From: an uncultured Corynebacterium sp.
Lineage (GTDB): Bacteria > Actinomycetota > Actinomycetes > Mycobacteriales > Mycobacteriaceae
Reading direction: 5' to 3'
NCBI GenBank assembly: GCA_946223355.1
Contig: CAMIPB010000006.1
Span: 15,675 to 79,674, forward strand
DNA: 64,000 nt
In this document: piece by piece, positions 19,093 to 28,010 of the stretch
Layout of the letters: each line of letters starts with the position of its first letter
Numbering within the stretch: position 1 is the stretch's first letter
The notes under the pieces: generated by a model
Told to the model about the DNA's origin: nothing
The model's database searches: none
What the model saw: only the letters and a program-made list of their open reading frames with translations
Program-made: the position numbers and the translations under genes

Positions 19093-19155
19093 TTTAACAA
19101 TCAAATTTCTGTGGTGCAAGTGAAAACCTGAATAAATTCTGTGTACGATGTAGTG

Positions 19156-21996
19156 CTACTTCACCACCAGATTCACCATACGACCAGGCACGACAATCTC
19201 CTTGACAACGTTCTTGCCTTCGGCGAGTTCCTGGACGCGAGAGTCGGCCTTGGCGATACCTGCGATGGTGTCCTTATCGGCGTCGGCAGGCACCATGATG
19301 CGGGCCTTGACCTTGCCATTGATCTGGACTGGCACCTCCACCTCATCATCCACGAGCCACTTGTCTTCATAGGTTGGGAAGTCCTCGAAGGTGATGGTGT
19401 CGGTGTTGCCCAGGCGCTTCCAGAGTTCCTCAGCGATGTGTGGGGCAACGGGGGAGGCCATGATGACCAATGGCTTGACGGCGTCGATAGGCGCCTGGGC
19501 CTTGGAGTAGGTCTTGGTGAGGTAATTGACGTACTCAATGAGCTTGGCCACCACGGTATTAAGACGCAGGTGCTCGTAGTCATCACGCACACCGGCGACG
19601 GTACGGTGCAGAGCCTTCAGGTCTTCATCGGAAAGCTGCTGTTCAGTGACGTTAAGCTCACCGGTCTCCTCATTGACCACAAGACGCCACAGGCGCTGCA
19701 AGAAGCGCTGCGCACCCACGACGTCTTTGGTGGCCCATGGGCGAGAGGTATCCAATGGACCCATAGACATCTCGTAAACGCGCAGGGTATCGGCACCATA
19801 GTCGCGGCAGATCTCGTCAGGGGAGACGGAGTTCTTCAGCGACTTACCCATCTTGCCGTATTCCTGGTTAACCTCTTCGCCCTGGTAGAAGAACTTGCCG
19901 TCCTTTTCTTCTACTTCTTCAGCAGGGACGTAAACACCACGGGAATCGGTGTAGGCATAAGCCTGGATGTACCCCTGGTTGAACAGGCGGCGGTAAGGCT
20001 CCTTGGAGGAAACGTGGCCCAGGTCAAAAAGCACCTTGTGCCAGAAACGAGCGTAGAGCAGGTGAAGGACCGCGTGCTCAACGCCGCCGACGTAGAGATC
20101 CAAGCCGCCGGGATCATTAGCGCCGTACTTGTCTGGGCGCGGACCAGTCCAGTAACGCTCGTTTTCAATGTCCACGAACTTCTCGTCGTTGGTGGGATCA
20201 ACATAACGCAGCTGGTACCAAGAAGAACCTGCCCACTGAGGCATGACGTTGGTATCGCGGAAGTAGGTCTTCGGACCATCACCGAGGTCGAGTTCCACCT
20301 CAACCCATTCGCACGCCTTTGCCAGTGGAGGCTGCGGCTCGGTGTTGGAATCATCCGGGTCAAAGGAGACTGGCTTGTAGTCTTCCACCTCTGGCAGCTG
20401 AACAGGCAGCATGGATTCAGGAATCGGGTGAGCGACACCGTCTGCGTCGTAGACGATAGGGAAGGGCTCGCCCCAGTAGCGCTGGCGGGCAAAGAGCCAG
20501 TCACGTAGCTTGTACTGGACTTTTTCCTGGCCCAGGTTTTGTTGGGACAGCCAATCAATGGTCTGCGCAATGGCCTCCGCTTTGTTTTTGCCGTTCAAAT
20601 CCAGCCCAGAATCGTTCGCGGAGTTCACCAGGGTGCCGTCTTCGGTATAAGCTTCTTCGGCGATATTTCCGCCAGAAACAACTTCCTTGATAGGAAGCCC
20701 GAATTCGGTGGCAAACTCGTAGTCACGGGTATCGTGCGCCGGAACAGCCATGATAGCGCCGGTGCCGTAGCCAGTGAGCACATAGTCTGCGATGAACACT
20801 GGAATCTGCTCGCCGTTAACCGGGTTGGTTGCGGTAACACCGAGGTAAACGCCGGTCTTTTCTTTGTTCTCCTGGCGCTCCAAGTCAGATTTCGCGGCGA
20901 TGTCTGCGCGGTAAGCCTCTACGGCTTCCTTCGGATCATCGTGGCCGTAAGTCCAGCGAGAATCAACGTCCGCGTCATAAGTGACAGGGGAGACGATGGC
21001 GTCGACAAGCTCGTGCTCTGGCGCCAGCACCATGTAGCTCGCGCCAAACAAAGTGTCCGGACGGGTGGTAAATACGGTGATCTTGTGACCCTCGCAGGCG
21101 AAATCCACCTCGGCGCCACGGGAACGGCCAATCCAGTTACGCTGCATGGACTTAACCTTCTCAGGCCAATCCAGCAACTCCAGGTCCTCGAGCAGACGAT
21201 CGGAGTATTCAGTAATGCGCATCATCCACTGCTTCAAATTCTTACGGAAAACAGGGAAATTGCCGCGCTCAGACTTACCGTCCGCGGTTACCTCTTCATT
21301 TGCCAGCACTGTACCCAAACCAGGACACCAGTTCACAGTGGAGTTAGAGAGGTATACCAGGCGGAATTCGTCGATGGCGCTGCGCTTGTCGACGTCGCTT
21401 AGCTCCGCGTATGCACGACCATCCTTCGTGGTGCGGGCTCCGGACTCCAGTTCGCTAATCAATTCCGTGATGGGGCGAGCTTTTTGCTGCTCATCATCGA
21501 ACCAGGAGTTATAAATTTGCAAGAAGATCCACTGAGTCCACTTGTAGAAGTCCTCATCAGTGGTGGCCACTGAACGTCGCGAGTCATGGCCCAAGCCGAG
21601 CGAACCAAGCTGACGGCGCATATTCTCGATGTTCGCCATCGTCGTGGTGCGTGGGTGCGTACCCGTTTGAATCGCGTACTGCTCGGCAGGCAACCCGAAC
21701 GCGTCATAGCCCAAGGTGTGCAGGACGTTCTTGCCTAGCATCCGGTTATAGCGCGCGAATACATCCGTGGCGATATAACCCAGCGGGTGGCCTACGTGCA
21801 GGCCAGCACCGGAAGGGTAAGGGAACATGTCTTGGACAAATAGCTTGTCTTCCGGCAGCGGTGCGTCCGAAGCTAGGTCACCTACTGGGTTCGGCGTGTA
21901 AAAGGTGCCGTTATCCTTCCAGTAGCTCTGCCAGGACTGCTCAATCTCATTTGCCAGCTGCGGCGTATAACGGTAGGACTCGCTTGGGTTTGTCAT
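19156..21996 (-). CDS. leuS: Leucine--tRNA ligase
   Basis: 946 aa. HIGH-type motif [16 protein letters not shown] and KMSKS motif KMGKS, plus the CP1 editing domain region. Confidence 0.97.
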   Translation of the reverse strand: MTNPSESYRYTPQLANEIEQSWQSYWKDNGTFYTPNPVGDLASDAPLPEDKLFVQDMFPYPSGAGLHVGHPLGYIATDVFARYNRMLGKNVLHTLGYDAFGLPAEQYAIQTGTHPRTTTMANIENMRRQLGSLGLGHDSRRSVATTDEDFYKWTQWIFLQIYNSWFDDEQQKARPITELISELESGARTTKDGRAYAELSDVDKRSAIDEFRLVYLSNSTVNWCPGLGTVLANEEVTADGKSERGNFPVFRKNLKQWMMRITEYSDRLLEDLELLDWPEKVKSMQRNWIGRSRGAEVDFACEGHKITVFTTRPDTLFGASYMVLAPEHELVDAIVSPVTYDADVDSRWTYGHDDPKEAVEAYRADIAAKSDLERQENKEKTGVYLGVTATNPVNGEQIPVFIADYVLTGYGTGAIMAVPAHDTRDYEFATEFGLPIKEVVSGGNIAEEAYTEDGTLVNSANDSGLDLNGKNKAEAIAQTIDWLSQQNLGQEKVQYKLRDWLFARQRYWGEPFPIVYDADGVAHPIPESMLPVQLPEVEDYKPVSFDPDDSNTEPQPPLAKACEWVEVELDLGDGPKTYFRDTNVMPQWAGSSWYQLRYVDPTNDEKFVDIENERYWTGPRPDKYGANDPGGLDLYVGGVEHAVLHLLYARFWHKVLFDLGHVSSKEPYRRLFNQGYIQAYAYTDSRGVYVPAEEVEEKDGKFFYQGEEVNQEYGKMGKSLKNSVSPDEICRDYGADTLRVYEMSMGPLDTSRPWATKDVVGAQRFLQRLWRLVVNEETGELNVTEQQLSDEDLKALHRTVAGVRDDYEHLRLNTVVAKLIEYVNYLTKTYSKAQAPIDAVKPLVIMASPVAPHIAEELWKRLGNTDTITFEDFPTYEDKWLVDDEVEVPVQINGKVKARIMVPADADKDTIAGIAKADSRVQELAEGKNVVKEIVVPGRMVNLVVK

Positions 21997-22151
21997 GGTT
22001 ACACAGTGTAATAGGCGCCGCGCCGAGAGGGGCAGTTAACCCCTTACGGCGATACACACAGTTTCTCCCTCAGATTGGCCAATTCCATGGGACATCGTTT
22101 CCCTGGACCACAAGGCAATCAACAAGTTGATGAAGAACATCCGCTAAAGAA

Positions 22152-22421
22152 CTAAAAGTAGTGGTAACGACAAGAAACGATCAAGACTTCTTCTGCCTCT
22201 AGTTTGTAAACCAACCGGTGCTCATCTGTGATTCTGCGCGCCCAGTACTGTGACAGTCCATGCTTTAAAGGCTTAGGCTTTCCCAGCCCTTGGTGGCCAC
22301 CCCGAAGGATGTCCTTGATCAAGGCATTAACTCGCTTGAGAGTCTTGGGATCATTCTTTTGCCACCAGAGATACTCCTCCCAGCCATGTGCAGTCCATGA
22401 GATGTTGGTTACCTCCCCCAT
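22152..22421 (-). CDS. yoeB: Type II toxin YoeB/Txe (RelE superfamily)
   Basis: ...EEYLWWQKNDPKTLKRVNALIKDILR...GKPKPLKHGLSQYWARRITDEHRLVYK...CRYHY matches the YoeB family. Confidence 0.85.
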   Translation of the reverse strand: MGEVTNISWTAHGWEEYLWWQKNDPKTLKRVNALIKDILRGGHQGLGKPKPLKHGLSQYWARRITDEHRLVYKLEAEEVLIVSCRYHYF

Positions 22422-22427
22422 GTCCTT

Positions 22428-22679
22428 TCACTCCTCATCTTCGATAAGGGCGTGACGTTTCGTTTCACCACGCTCGGCAGCTTCAATTGATTGCAGCAAC
22501 CGCTTCGCATTCGCTGGCGAGCGCAGCAGGTAGGCAGTTTCCTTGAGCGATTCGTATTCAGCCATGGAGACGATGACAGCTGGCTCCTTTCCCCGACGCT
22601 GGATGACCACCTCCTCGCGGTCATCACACACCATGTCCAAAACAGCCGCGTAGTTTGCTCGTGATTCCGAGTAACTCAT
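22428..22679 (-). CDS. yefM: Antitoxin YefM/Phd family
   Basis: MSYSESRANYAAVLDMV...AVIVSMAEYESLKETAYLLRSPANAKRL. Start trimmed to the ATG at 22679; it lies 6 nt upstream of yoeB. Confidence 0.85.
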   Translation of the reverse strand: MSYSESRANYAAVLDMVCDDREEVVIQRRGKEPAVIVSMAEYESLKETAYLLRSPANAKRLLQSIEAAERGETKRHALIEDEE

Positions 22680-22811
22680 CATAATCATTACCAACACCCC
22701 TTAAAGTACAAAGTTTCTGTACCTGAGGTTACCTTTCTCCGTCGTGTTATTCAATAGCCAGGCCACAAGGGCCTTGCCCTCTTAGACTCCGACGGCACTA
22801 GTGTTGGTTCC

Positions 22812-23459
22812 ATGACTCCACGCGTAGTATCCACCAACGTTGCTGTCCGCCGCGAGGATCCCTCCGGCAGACATGATTACACCGGAATAGACAAACAACC
22901 GCGAGAGCTTATCGACGTCGTCAAGCCCGGGCCCAACTACGGCGACGGCTCCGGGGTCGTGGCCGATAGCATCGGGGACCAGAAGCACCACGGCGGCGCA
23001 GACAAGGCCATCTATGCCTTTGCGCGCGAGGAGCTGGATTGGTGGGAGGATCAGCTGGGCCGTAGTCTGCCGTCGGGAAGCTTTGGCGAGAACCTCACTA
23101 CCGAAGGCATCGTGTGGAAGGACGTCCTGATCAACCAGCGCCTACGCATTGGCAGCACGCTGCTGGAGGTCTCCGTTCCGCGTCAACCCTGCGCCACATT
23201 CTCAGGCTGGATAGGGGAGCGAGGCTGGCTGAAAACCTTCACCCAACACGGCGAAGCCGGCGCCTACCTGCGGGTTATTGAACCCGGGCAGATAAACACC
23301 GGCGAGAAAATAGAGCTTCTCGACGCCCCCGCCCACGACATCACCATGGGCATGGCTTTTGCTGCCAAGATGGGGGACAAGGAGCTTGCCCGGCGCGTGG
23401 TTGAAGCAAACGTTCTGCCCGCCATTCACCACGAGAAGCTGGTCAAGATCGTGGATTAG
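22812..23459 (+). CDS. MOSC domain-containing protein (YiiM-like)
   Basis: GFGENLTTEGIVW...RIGSTLLEVSVPRQPCATF matches the MOSC beta-barrel and conserved Cys region. Confidence 0.7.
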   Translation: MTPRVVSTNVAVRREDPSGRHDYTGIDKQPRELIDVVKPGPNYGDGSGVVADSIGDQKHHGGADKAIYAFAREELDWWEDQLGRSLPSGSFGENLTTEGIVWKDVLINQRLRIGSTLLEVSVPRQPCATFSGWIGERGWLKTFTQHGEAGAYLRVIEPGQINTGEKIELLDAPAHDITMGMAFAAKMGDKELARRVVEANVLPAIHHEKLVKIVD

Positions 23460-24820
23460 AGCGGCCGTAGAGAGCCATCAGGCATGTCTTTGAACATGTC
23501 CTTGTCGTAGAGCAGGACAAGTAGCAGGATGCCCACGGCGAAGGCCCAGGCAGCTCCCTGGGTAACGAGCACGCCGGCGACGACGCCCGCGATGCCGAGG
23601 TCTTTTTGATTCTTGGCTTCCATCACGCCCACGCGGACGGAAACAAAGCCCTGCATGATAAGCGTCATGGCCAAGCCAACGGCCAGGATTGGTTGGACAA
23701 GGGTGACCACTGGCAAAAAGCACAGGCCGGTGATTGCGCCCAGACGAACGGAACCAACGCCGGCGAAAATAGATTTCATTGCCTTGCGCCCTTGCTTGTA
23801 GCGCTCAACGATGATTACTTGCATTGCCGCCCACAACGGGCCGCACATCGCCACGTCTGGGCCGATGATGGACATGAATGCGTTACGGCCACCAAACAGC
23901 AAGTGCGCGCGGTTTTCGTCGTAGACCACGCCTTCGTCGGTACGCACATGGTCGCCTTCCTTCAAGATGGCCTTTGCCTGCAAGACGTCGCCGAAAACAA
24001 CGATATAGGCAGCGAGCATTGTTGGAATAGCAGTGATAAACATGTGCGCAGGTGGGAACCCGACACCGAAGATCGTGTAGCCTTCCCACACGCCCATGAA
24101 ATCGGGCTGGGATAGCCCCCACTCCACCTTTGGCCATGCAGCCTCACCGACTAGTGGTGCCAGAACGATAGCCAAAACAATCGATGGCAAAATTCCTAGG
24201 TTGCCAATATAGCGCCAACCAGGGGACTTCTGTTTCAACCGCATAAATCCTGCCGAGTACATGAGCAAGAAGCCCAGCAGCGTGGCCACGGTAATGGTAA
24301 TTGGCATCTCGTGGAAGCGTCCACCTTCTTCAAACACGGTGACAATCGCGGCGATACCTGCACCAATGACGATTCCGGAGCGCAGCGCGGACGGTATAAA
24401 CCGGGCGACCTTCCTAGCCAGGCCAGTGGCGCCCATAAATATTGAGAATATGCCCAGTACAAACTGGAAGCTAATAAGTGCCCATACTCGCTCGTTCTCG
24501 GGGAAACTTCCCACGTAGACAATCAGCAAGGGGACTGCTGGAGTGATCCACCCTGGGACCACTGGGTCACCCAGCATGTGGTGGGTGAGGTAAAGCAGGC
24601 CGTTTAGCATAACGACGGCCAGTGCAACTTCAAATGGCATTCCCAGCGCATCCACCATCAATGGGATTGCGCCTAAGTCAACCACGCATACGAGCAAGCC
24701 CTGAATATAGTCAGGCCACTCAATTTTGTAGTGCACAAACGGGAGGCGGATGTTGAACGGTCCGGCTTTCCAGTGCGGCGATGGCGGACCGTGTGCCGTC
24801 TCTACTTCTTTTATTTCCAT
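23456..24820 (-). CDS. Polytopic integral membrane protein (10 or more TM helices; permease-like, function unassigned)
   Basis: 454 aa and highly hydrophobic, with no soluble domains recognised. Confidence 0.45.
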   Translation of the reverse strand: MEIKEVETAHGPPSPHWKAGPFNIRLPFVHYKIEWPDYIQGLLVCVVDLGAIPLMVDALGMPFEVALAVVMLNGLLYLTHHMLGDPVVPGWITPAVPLLIVYVGSFPENERVWALISFQFVLGIFSIFMGATGLARKVARFIPSALRSGIVIGAGIAAIVTVFEEGGRFHEMPITITVATLLGFLLMYSAGFMRLKQKSPGWRYIGNLGILPSIVLAIVLAPLVGEAAWPKVEWGLSQPDFMGVWEGYTIFGVGFPPAHMFITAIPTMLAAYIVVFGDVLQAKAILKEGDHVRTDEGVVYDENRAHLLFGGRNAFMSIIGPDVAMCGPLWAAMQVIIVERYKQGRKAMKSIFAGVGSVRLGAITGLCFLPVVTLVQPILAVGLAMTLIMQGFVSVRVGVMEAKNQKDLGIAGVVAGVLVTQGAAWAFAVGILLLVLLYDKDMFKDMPDGSLRPL

Positions 24821-24957
24821 TAGGGAGAGCGCTCCTTTTAGAGGATTGTTCTAGTTTCTTACATGTACTTTCCACATCGCTTATTTGGGATAGGGAATAG
24901 GCAGCGAACAAAATTCGCCCACAGCATTGTGCCCTAAACCACACGTGGACGAAAATT

Positions 24958-24995
24958 GAAATGAAAAAAGTACCCCGCAATAAACGAGGTACTTT
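24958..24995 (-). terminator. Rho-independent terminator downstream of the ALDH gene (minus strand)
   Basis: Minus-strand RNA AAAGUACCUCG-UUUAUUG-CGGGGUACUUU forms an 11-bp stem with one mismatch and is followed by UUUUUCAUUUC. Confidence 0.5.
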
Positions 24996-25013
24996 AGGGC
25001 TTAGCAGCCGTTA

Positions 25014-26423
25014 TTAGCCATTAATGGCGTGTGGGAAGGCCAACCCCTTGAGGCCTTCGACGCCAAACTCCACGCCGTAGCCAGATTCCTTGATGCCGCC
25101 GAATGGCACGCGTGGGTCGATGGTGCCATGGGAATTAATCCAGGTGGTGCCAGCACGCAGACGTGCGGCAACCTCACGTGCGCGCTCCTTGTCGGAGGCC
25201 CAAACGGAGGAACCCAAACCAAACTCGAGGCCGTTGGCCTTGGCGATGGCATCATCCAGGTCGGTGTACTTAATAATTGGCAGCACTGGGCCGAACTGCT
25301 CCTCAGTCACCAAGTCATTGTCGTTGTCAATGTCCGCAACCAGGGTGGTGGGGTAGAAGTAACCCGGCGCGTCATAGTCCGGATCACCACCGATGAGCAC
25401 GCGCGCGCCGCCGTCCTTTGCGGCCTTGACCAGGCGGTCCACGATGTCGAACTGGTCCTTGTTCTGCACTGGGCCCAGCACGTTTTGCTCGTCCAGACCA
25501 AAGCCCATTGGCATGTTCGTGGCCACCTCAACCAGTGCGTCGCACACCTCGTCGTAGATGGACTCCGGCACGTACAGGCGCTTGAGCGCCGCACAGGTCT
25601 GACCAGCGTTGAGGAACGCACCCCAGAACAGGTCTTCTGCAATTGCCTTTGGATCAGCATCTTCCAGCACGATGCCCGCGTCATTGCCGCCCAGCTCCAA
25701 GGTCAGGCGCTTGAGCGTGTCCGCCGATGCCTCCACAATTTTCTTACCCGTTGGCGTGGAGCCGGTAAACATGATCTTGTCCACGCCCTCGTGCTCCGCG
25801 AGCGCCGCACCAAGGCCACTGCCGTTGACTACCTGCAGCACGCCTTCCGGAAGCACCTCGTTCATGACCTTGACCAGACCGAGCACGGACAGTGGGGTGC
25901 TGCCCGATGGCTTTACGACGACCGTGTTTCCCATACGCAGCGCTGGCACAATCTGCCACACTGCAATCATCATTGGCCAGTTCCATGGGCTAATCGCACC
26001 GACCACACCTAGTGGGCGGTAGACGACCTTCGCGTTGATGTCGTCGCCTTCAATCTCATAGTCCGGGGACTCAAAGGACGCAGTCGCGCGGGTCCATGCC
26101 ACGCAGGCACCCACCTCAAAGCGCGCATTCGGGCCGTTGAGCGGCTTTCCCTGCTCTGAGGACAGCAGTACTGCCAAAGCCTCTGCCGAGGCCTCAATCG
26201 CGTCTGCAGCCTTCATCAGCAGCTCGTTGCGCTTCTCCTCTCCGAGCGCCTCCCACTCCGGCTGCTTCTCGCGCGCCACGCGCACTGCCTCATCCAGGTC
26301 AGCTTTGCTCTGCTTCGGCGCCACACCGACCTTCTCGCCGTTAGCTGGGTTCAGGATATCCTCGCCCTCACCAGCGGATACTGCGGAAATCAGTTCATCG
26401 AAATTTGCGTAAGACATAGTCAT
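25014..26423 (-). CDS. NAD(P)-dependent aldehyde dehydrogenase
   Basis: 469 aa. ALDH glutamate motif ELGGNDAGIV and catalytic Cys GQTCAALKRLYV. Confidence 0.85.
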   Translation of the reverse strand: MTMSYANFDELISAVSAGEGEDILNPANGEKVGVAPKQSKADLDEAVRVAREKQPEWEALGEEKRNELLMKAADAIEASAEALAVLLSSEQGKPLNGPNARFEVGACVAWTRATASFESPDYEIEGDDINAKVVYRPLGVVGAISPWNWPMMIAVWQIVPALRMGNTVVVKPSGSTPLSVLGLVKVMNEVLPEGVLQVVNGSGLGAALAEHEGVDKIMFTGSTPTGKKIVEASADTLKRLTLELGGNDAGIVLEDADPKAIAEDLFWGAFLNAGQTCAALKRLYVPESIYDEVCDALVEVATNMPMGFGLDEQNVLGPVQNKDQFDIVDRLVKAAKDGGARVLIGGDPDYDAPGYFYPTTLVADIDNDNDLVTEEQFGPVLPIIKYTDLDDAIAKANGLEFGLGSSVWASDKERAREVAARLRAGTTWINSHGTIDPRVPFGGIKESGYGVEFGVEGLKGLAFPHAING

Positions 26424-26632
26424 CCTTCCTCATAGGGTCAATTGACGACAATGTTACCTGAAGCACAGACTTTATCGTATGGGTTTTGAAACACATTTTG
26501 ATCACTACAAAAAGAAGACCCCTCCACGGCCGTACCGTTAAGACGGGTGACCACATGTGAGAGGGGAATACAAGAGCTACTGTAAAGGAAACTCACAAAA
26601 TAATCAATCAAAAGCTCATTTCAAGGAAAAGT

Positions 26633-27412
26633 ATGTCTGTCGTAAAAATAAAAAAGGAATGGGTATCCGAAGCCAGACTGAACCCATTCCTAAAAGTAGT
26701 CGCAAACGACGAAGAGAAGGCCTTAGCACTGTACGAACTTGATCGCCGCCTTTGTGCAGCACTTTTTCAAGAAATTGCCTACATTGAAGTGGCCCTTCGC
26801 AATTCGATGACCAGATACCTTGAAAAAGCCTACGGGGAAGACTGGTATACAAAGATCGAAATTGGTTTTGACCAACGTGTGCGGGAAAACCTAAGCGAAT
26901 CTTGGGACAGCCTGCCTAGCCGCTATACCGCTAAAGGCACACCTCGGAATAGGAAACTTGGGGGTAGATTGATTGGCGCCTCCATGTTTCGAACCTGGAC
27001 AAACATGTTAGATAAGGGAGGGCTCACGGGCCTTCAACCGCCATTTGAAGCGGCTGATCATGACCGAATTTGGACTGAAGAAGCTATCCTCGCGGTATTT
27101 AGAGGTGCAAGGACTGTAGCCAAGCAGGATCAGGACTACCAGACAAATGGCCTTACCAGGGAATGGGTTTACAAGAAAGTCTTTCCCATTAGGCAAATAA
27201 GAAATCGAATAGGGCACCACGAATCAGTTGTCCCAAGAGGTGTTCCGATTCCGGGCACAGAAACCCGCCTCACCGCGCGTGACTGTCACAATTCCTGCAT
27301 TGATGTTGCGAAAATGCTTGACCGCGATCTAGCCACCTACCTCGAGTCCCTTTCCATTAACTCCTTACTCGACGAACTCGATGGATTCTTCATAGCTGAG
27401 GACACTAGGTGA
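26633..27412 (+). CDS. Abi-like (AbiD/AbiF, Abi_2 family) HEPN-domain protein, a candidate abortive-infection/defence gene
   Basis: C-terminal Rx4HH motif IRQIRNRIGHHE is characteristic of the Abi2/HEPN family. Located in a low-GC islet. Confidence 0.5.
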   Translation: MSVVKIKKEWVSEARLNPFLKVVANDEEKALALYELDRRLCAALFQEIAYIEVALRNSMTRYLEKAYGEDWYTKIEIGFDQRVRENLSESWDSLPSRYTAKGTPRNRKLGGRLIGASMFRTWTNMLDKGGLTGLQPPFEAADHDRIWTEEAILAVFRGARTVAKQDQDYQTNGLTREWVYKKVFPIRQIRNRIGHHESVVPRGVPIPGTETRLTARDCHNSCIDVAKMLDRDLATYLESLSINSLLDELDGFFIAEDTR

Positions 27413-27619
27413 TCAAGTCCTACTTAGAGGTGCATCTGCCTTTCGATTATTAGGGTTAGTTTCAGACTCGGCGATCGCGACTTGTACCCCCTTCAGCTGT
27501 GCAACGTCGTAGCTATGGTTAAAGGTGAAGGTGAAGGCTCTCCGAAGAAGCTTGAAACATGAGTTCACAGAGCTTTAACGTCGAGGCCGCTTGAGAGCGA
27601 CCAAAGCGCACTTTACGTA

Positions 27620-27880
27620 GTGCTCTTCATGCTGACCAAAACTGTCGACCTCGCAACTGAAATTAACCAACTTATCGGCTTCGAGGAGTTGGTGAACGGG
27701 GGAGAACTACCGGACGAGCTGGTGGCAGGCTTCCACCGCAGCGTAAGAGTGCAGGACAAAATTGAGCAGCAGGGCATCGAGGTTCAATCTGACCTTATTG
27801 TCCAAGCAATCCCAGCAAGTACTGCGCTGTATAGGCAATATATGAATGCCATTTCTGAATTAGTCAAAAACAGGGTCTAG
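27620..27880 (+). CDS. Small hypothetical protein in the islet
   Basis: 86-aa ORF with coding-like composition. No motif recognised. Confidence 0.3.
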   Translation: MLFMLTKTVDLATEINQLIGFEELVNGGELPDELVAGFHRSVRVQDKIEQQGIEVQSDLIVQAIPASTALYRQYMNAISELVKNRV

Positions 27881-27902
27881 CTGGCCACCCTTATCCCTAT
27901 TC

Positions 27903-28008
27903 CCAATATTTGGTAAGGTCTAGTACCAAGATTTGGTAACGCAAAATACCAATATTTGGTAACATCTAGTACCAAGATTTGGTAAACCCTATAACCGAAA
28001 TTTGGTTT
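27903..28008. promoter_or_regulatory. Five tandem palindromic sites (T)ACCAA-NNN-TTGGTAA at 22–23 bp spacing, immediately upstream of the ATPase start; built from a duplicated unit of about 46 bp
   Basis: Sites at 27903, 27925, 27948, 27971 and 27994 read CCAATATTTGGTAA, ACCAAGATTTGGTAA, ACCAATATTTGGTAA, ACCAAGATTTGGTAA and AACCGAAATTTGGTT. Confidence 0.55.
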
Positions 28009-28010
28009 CT

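Noticed and set aside
19065-19100. Repeat-core copy GGTTCAATTCTC outside the array, interpreted as a degenerate orphan CRISPR repeat
   Set aside because: There is only a 12–16 nt match with no flanking spacer-repeat periodicity. It is followed on the minus strand by nexus-like and terminator structures and sits just upstream of cas9. That fits a tracrRNA anti-repeat better than an array fragment.
19141-21402. Long plus-strand ORFs (455 aa at 19141..20508 and 287 aa at 20539..21402) opposite leuS
   Set aside because: Antisense shadow ORFs typical of high-GC DNA: low-complexity G/V/L/H-rich translations with no motifs. leuS on the minus strand explains the whole region.
21997-22151. Possible T-box or leader upstream of leuS
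   Set aside because: No specifier loop or T-box consensus (AGGGUGGNACCGCG-like) is visible in the 155-nt leader. It is probably ordinary 5'-UTR.
25029-26012. 327-aa plus-strand ORF opposite the aldehyde dehydrogenase. Similar antisense ORFs occur at 29543..30259, 31581..32615, 54597..55739 and 60246..60725.
   Set aside because: Wrong-frame and antisense artefacts. Each overlaps a well-supported CDS with clear family motifs on the other strand.
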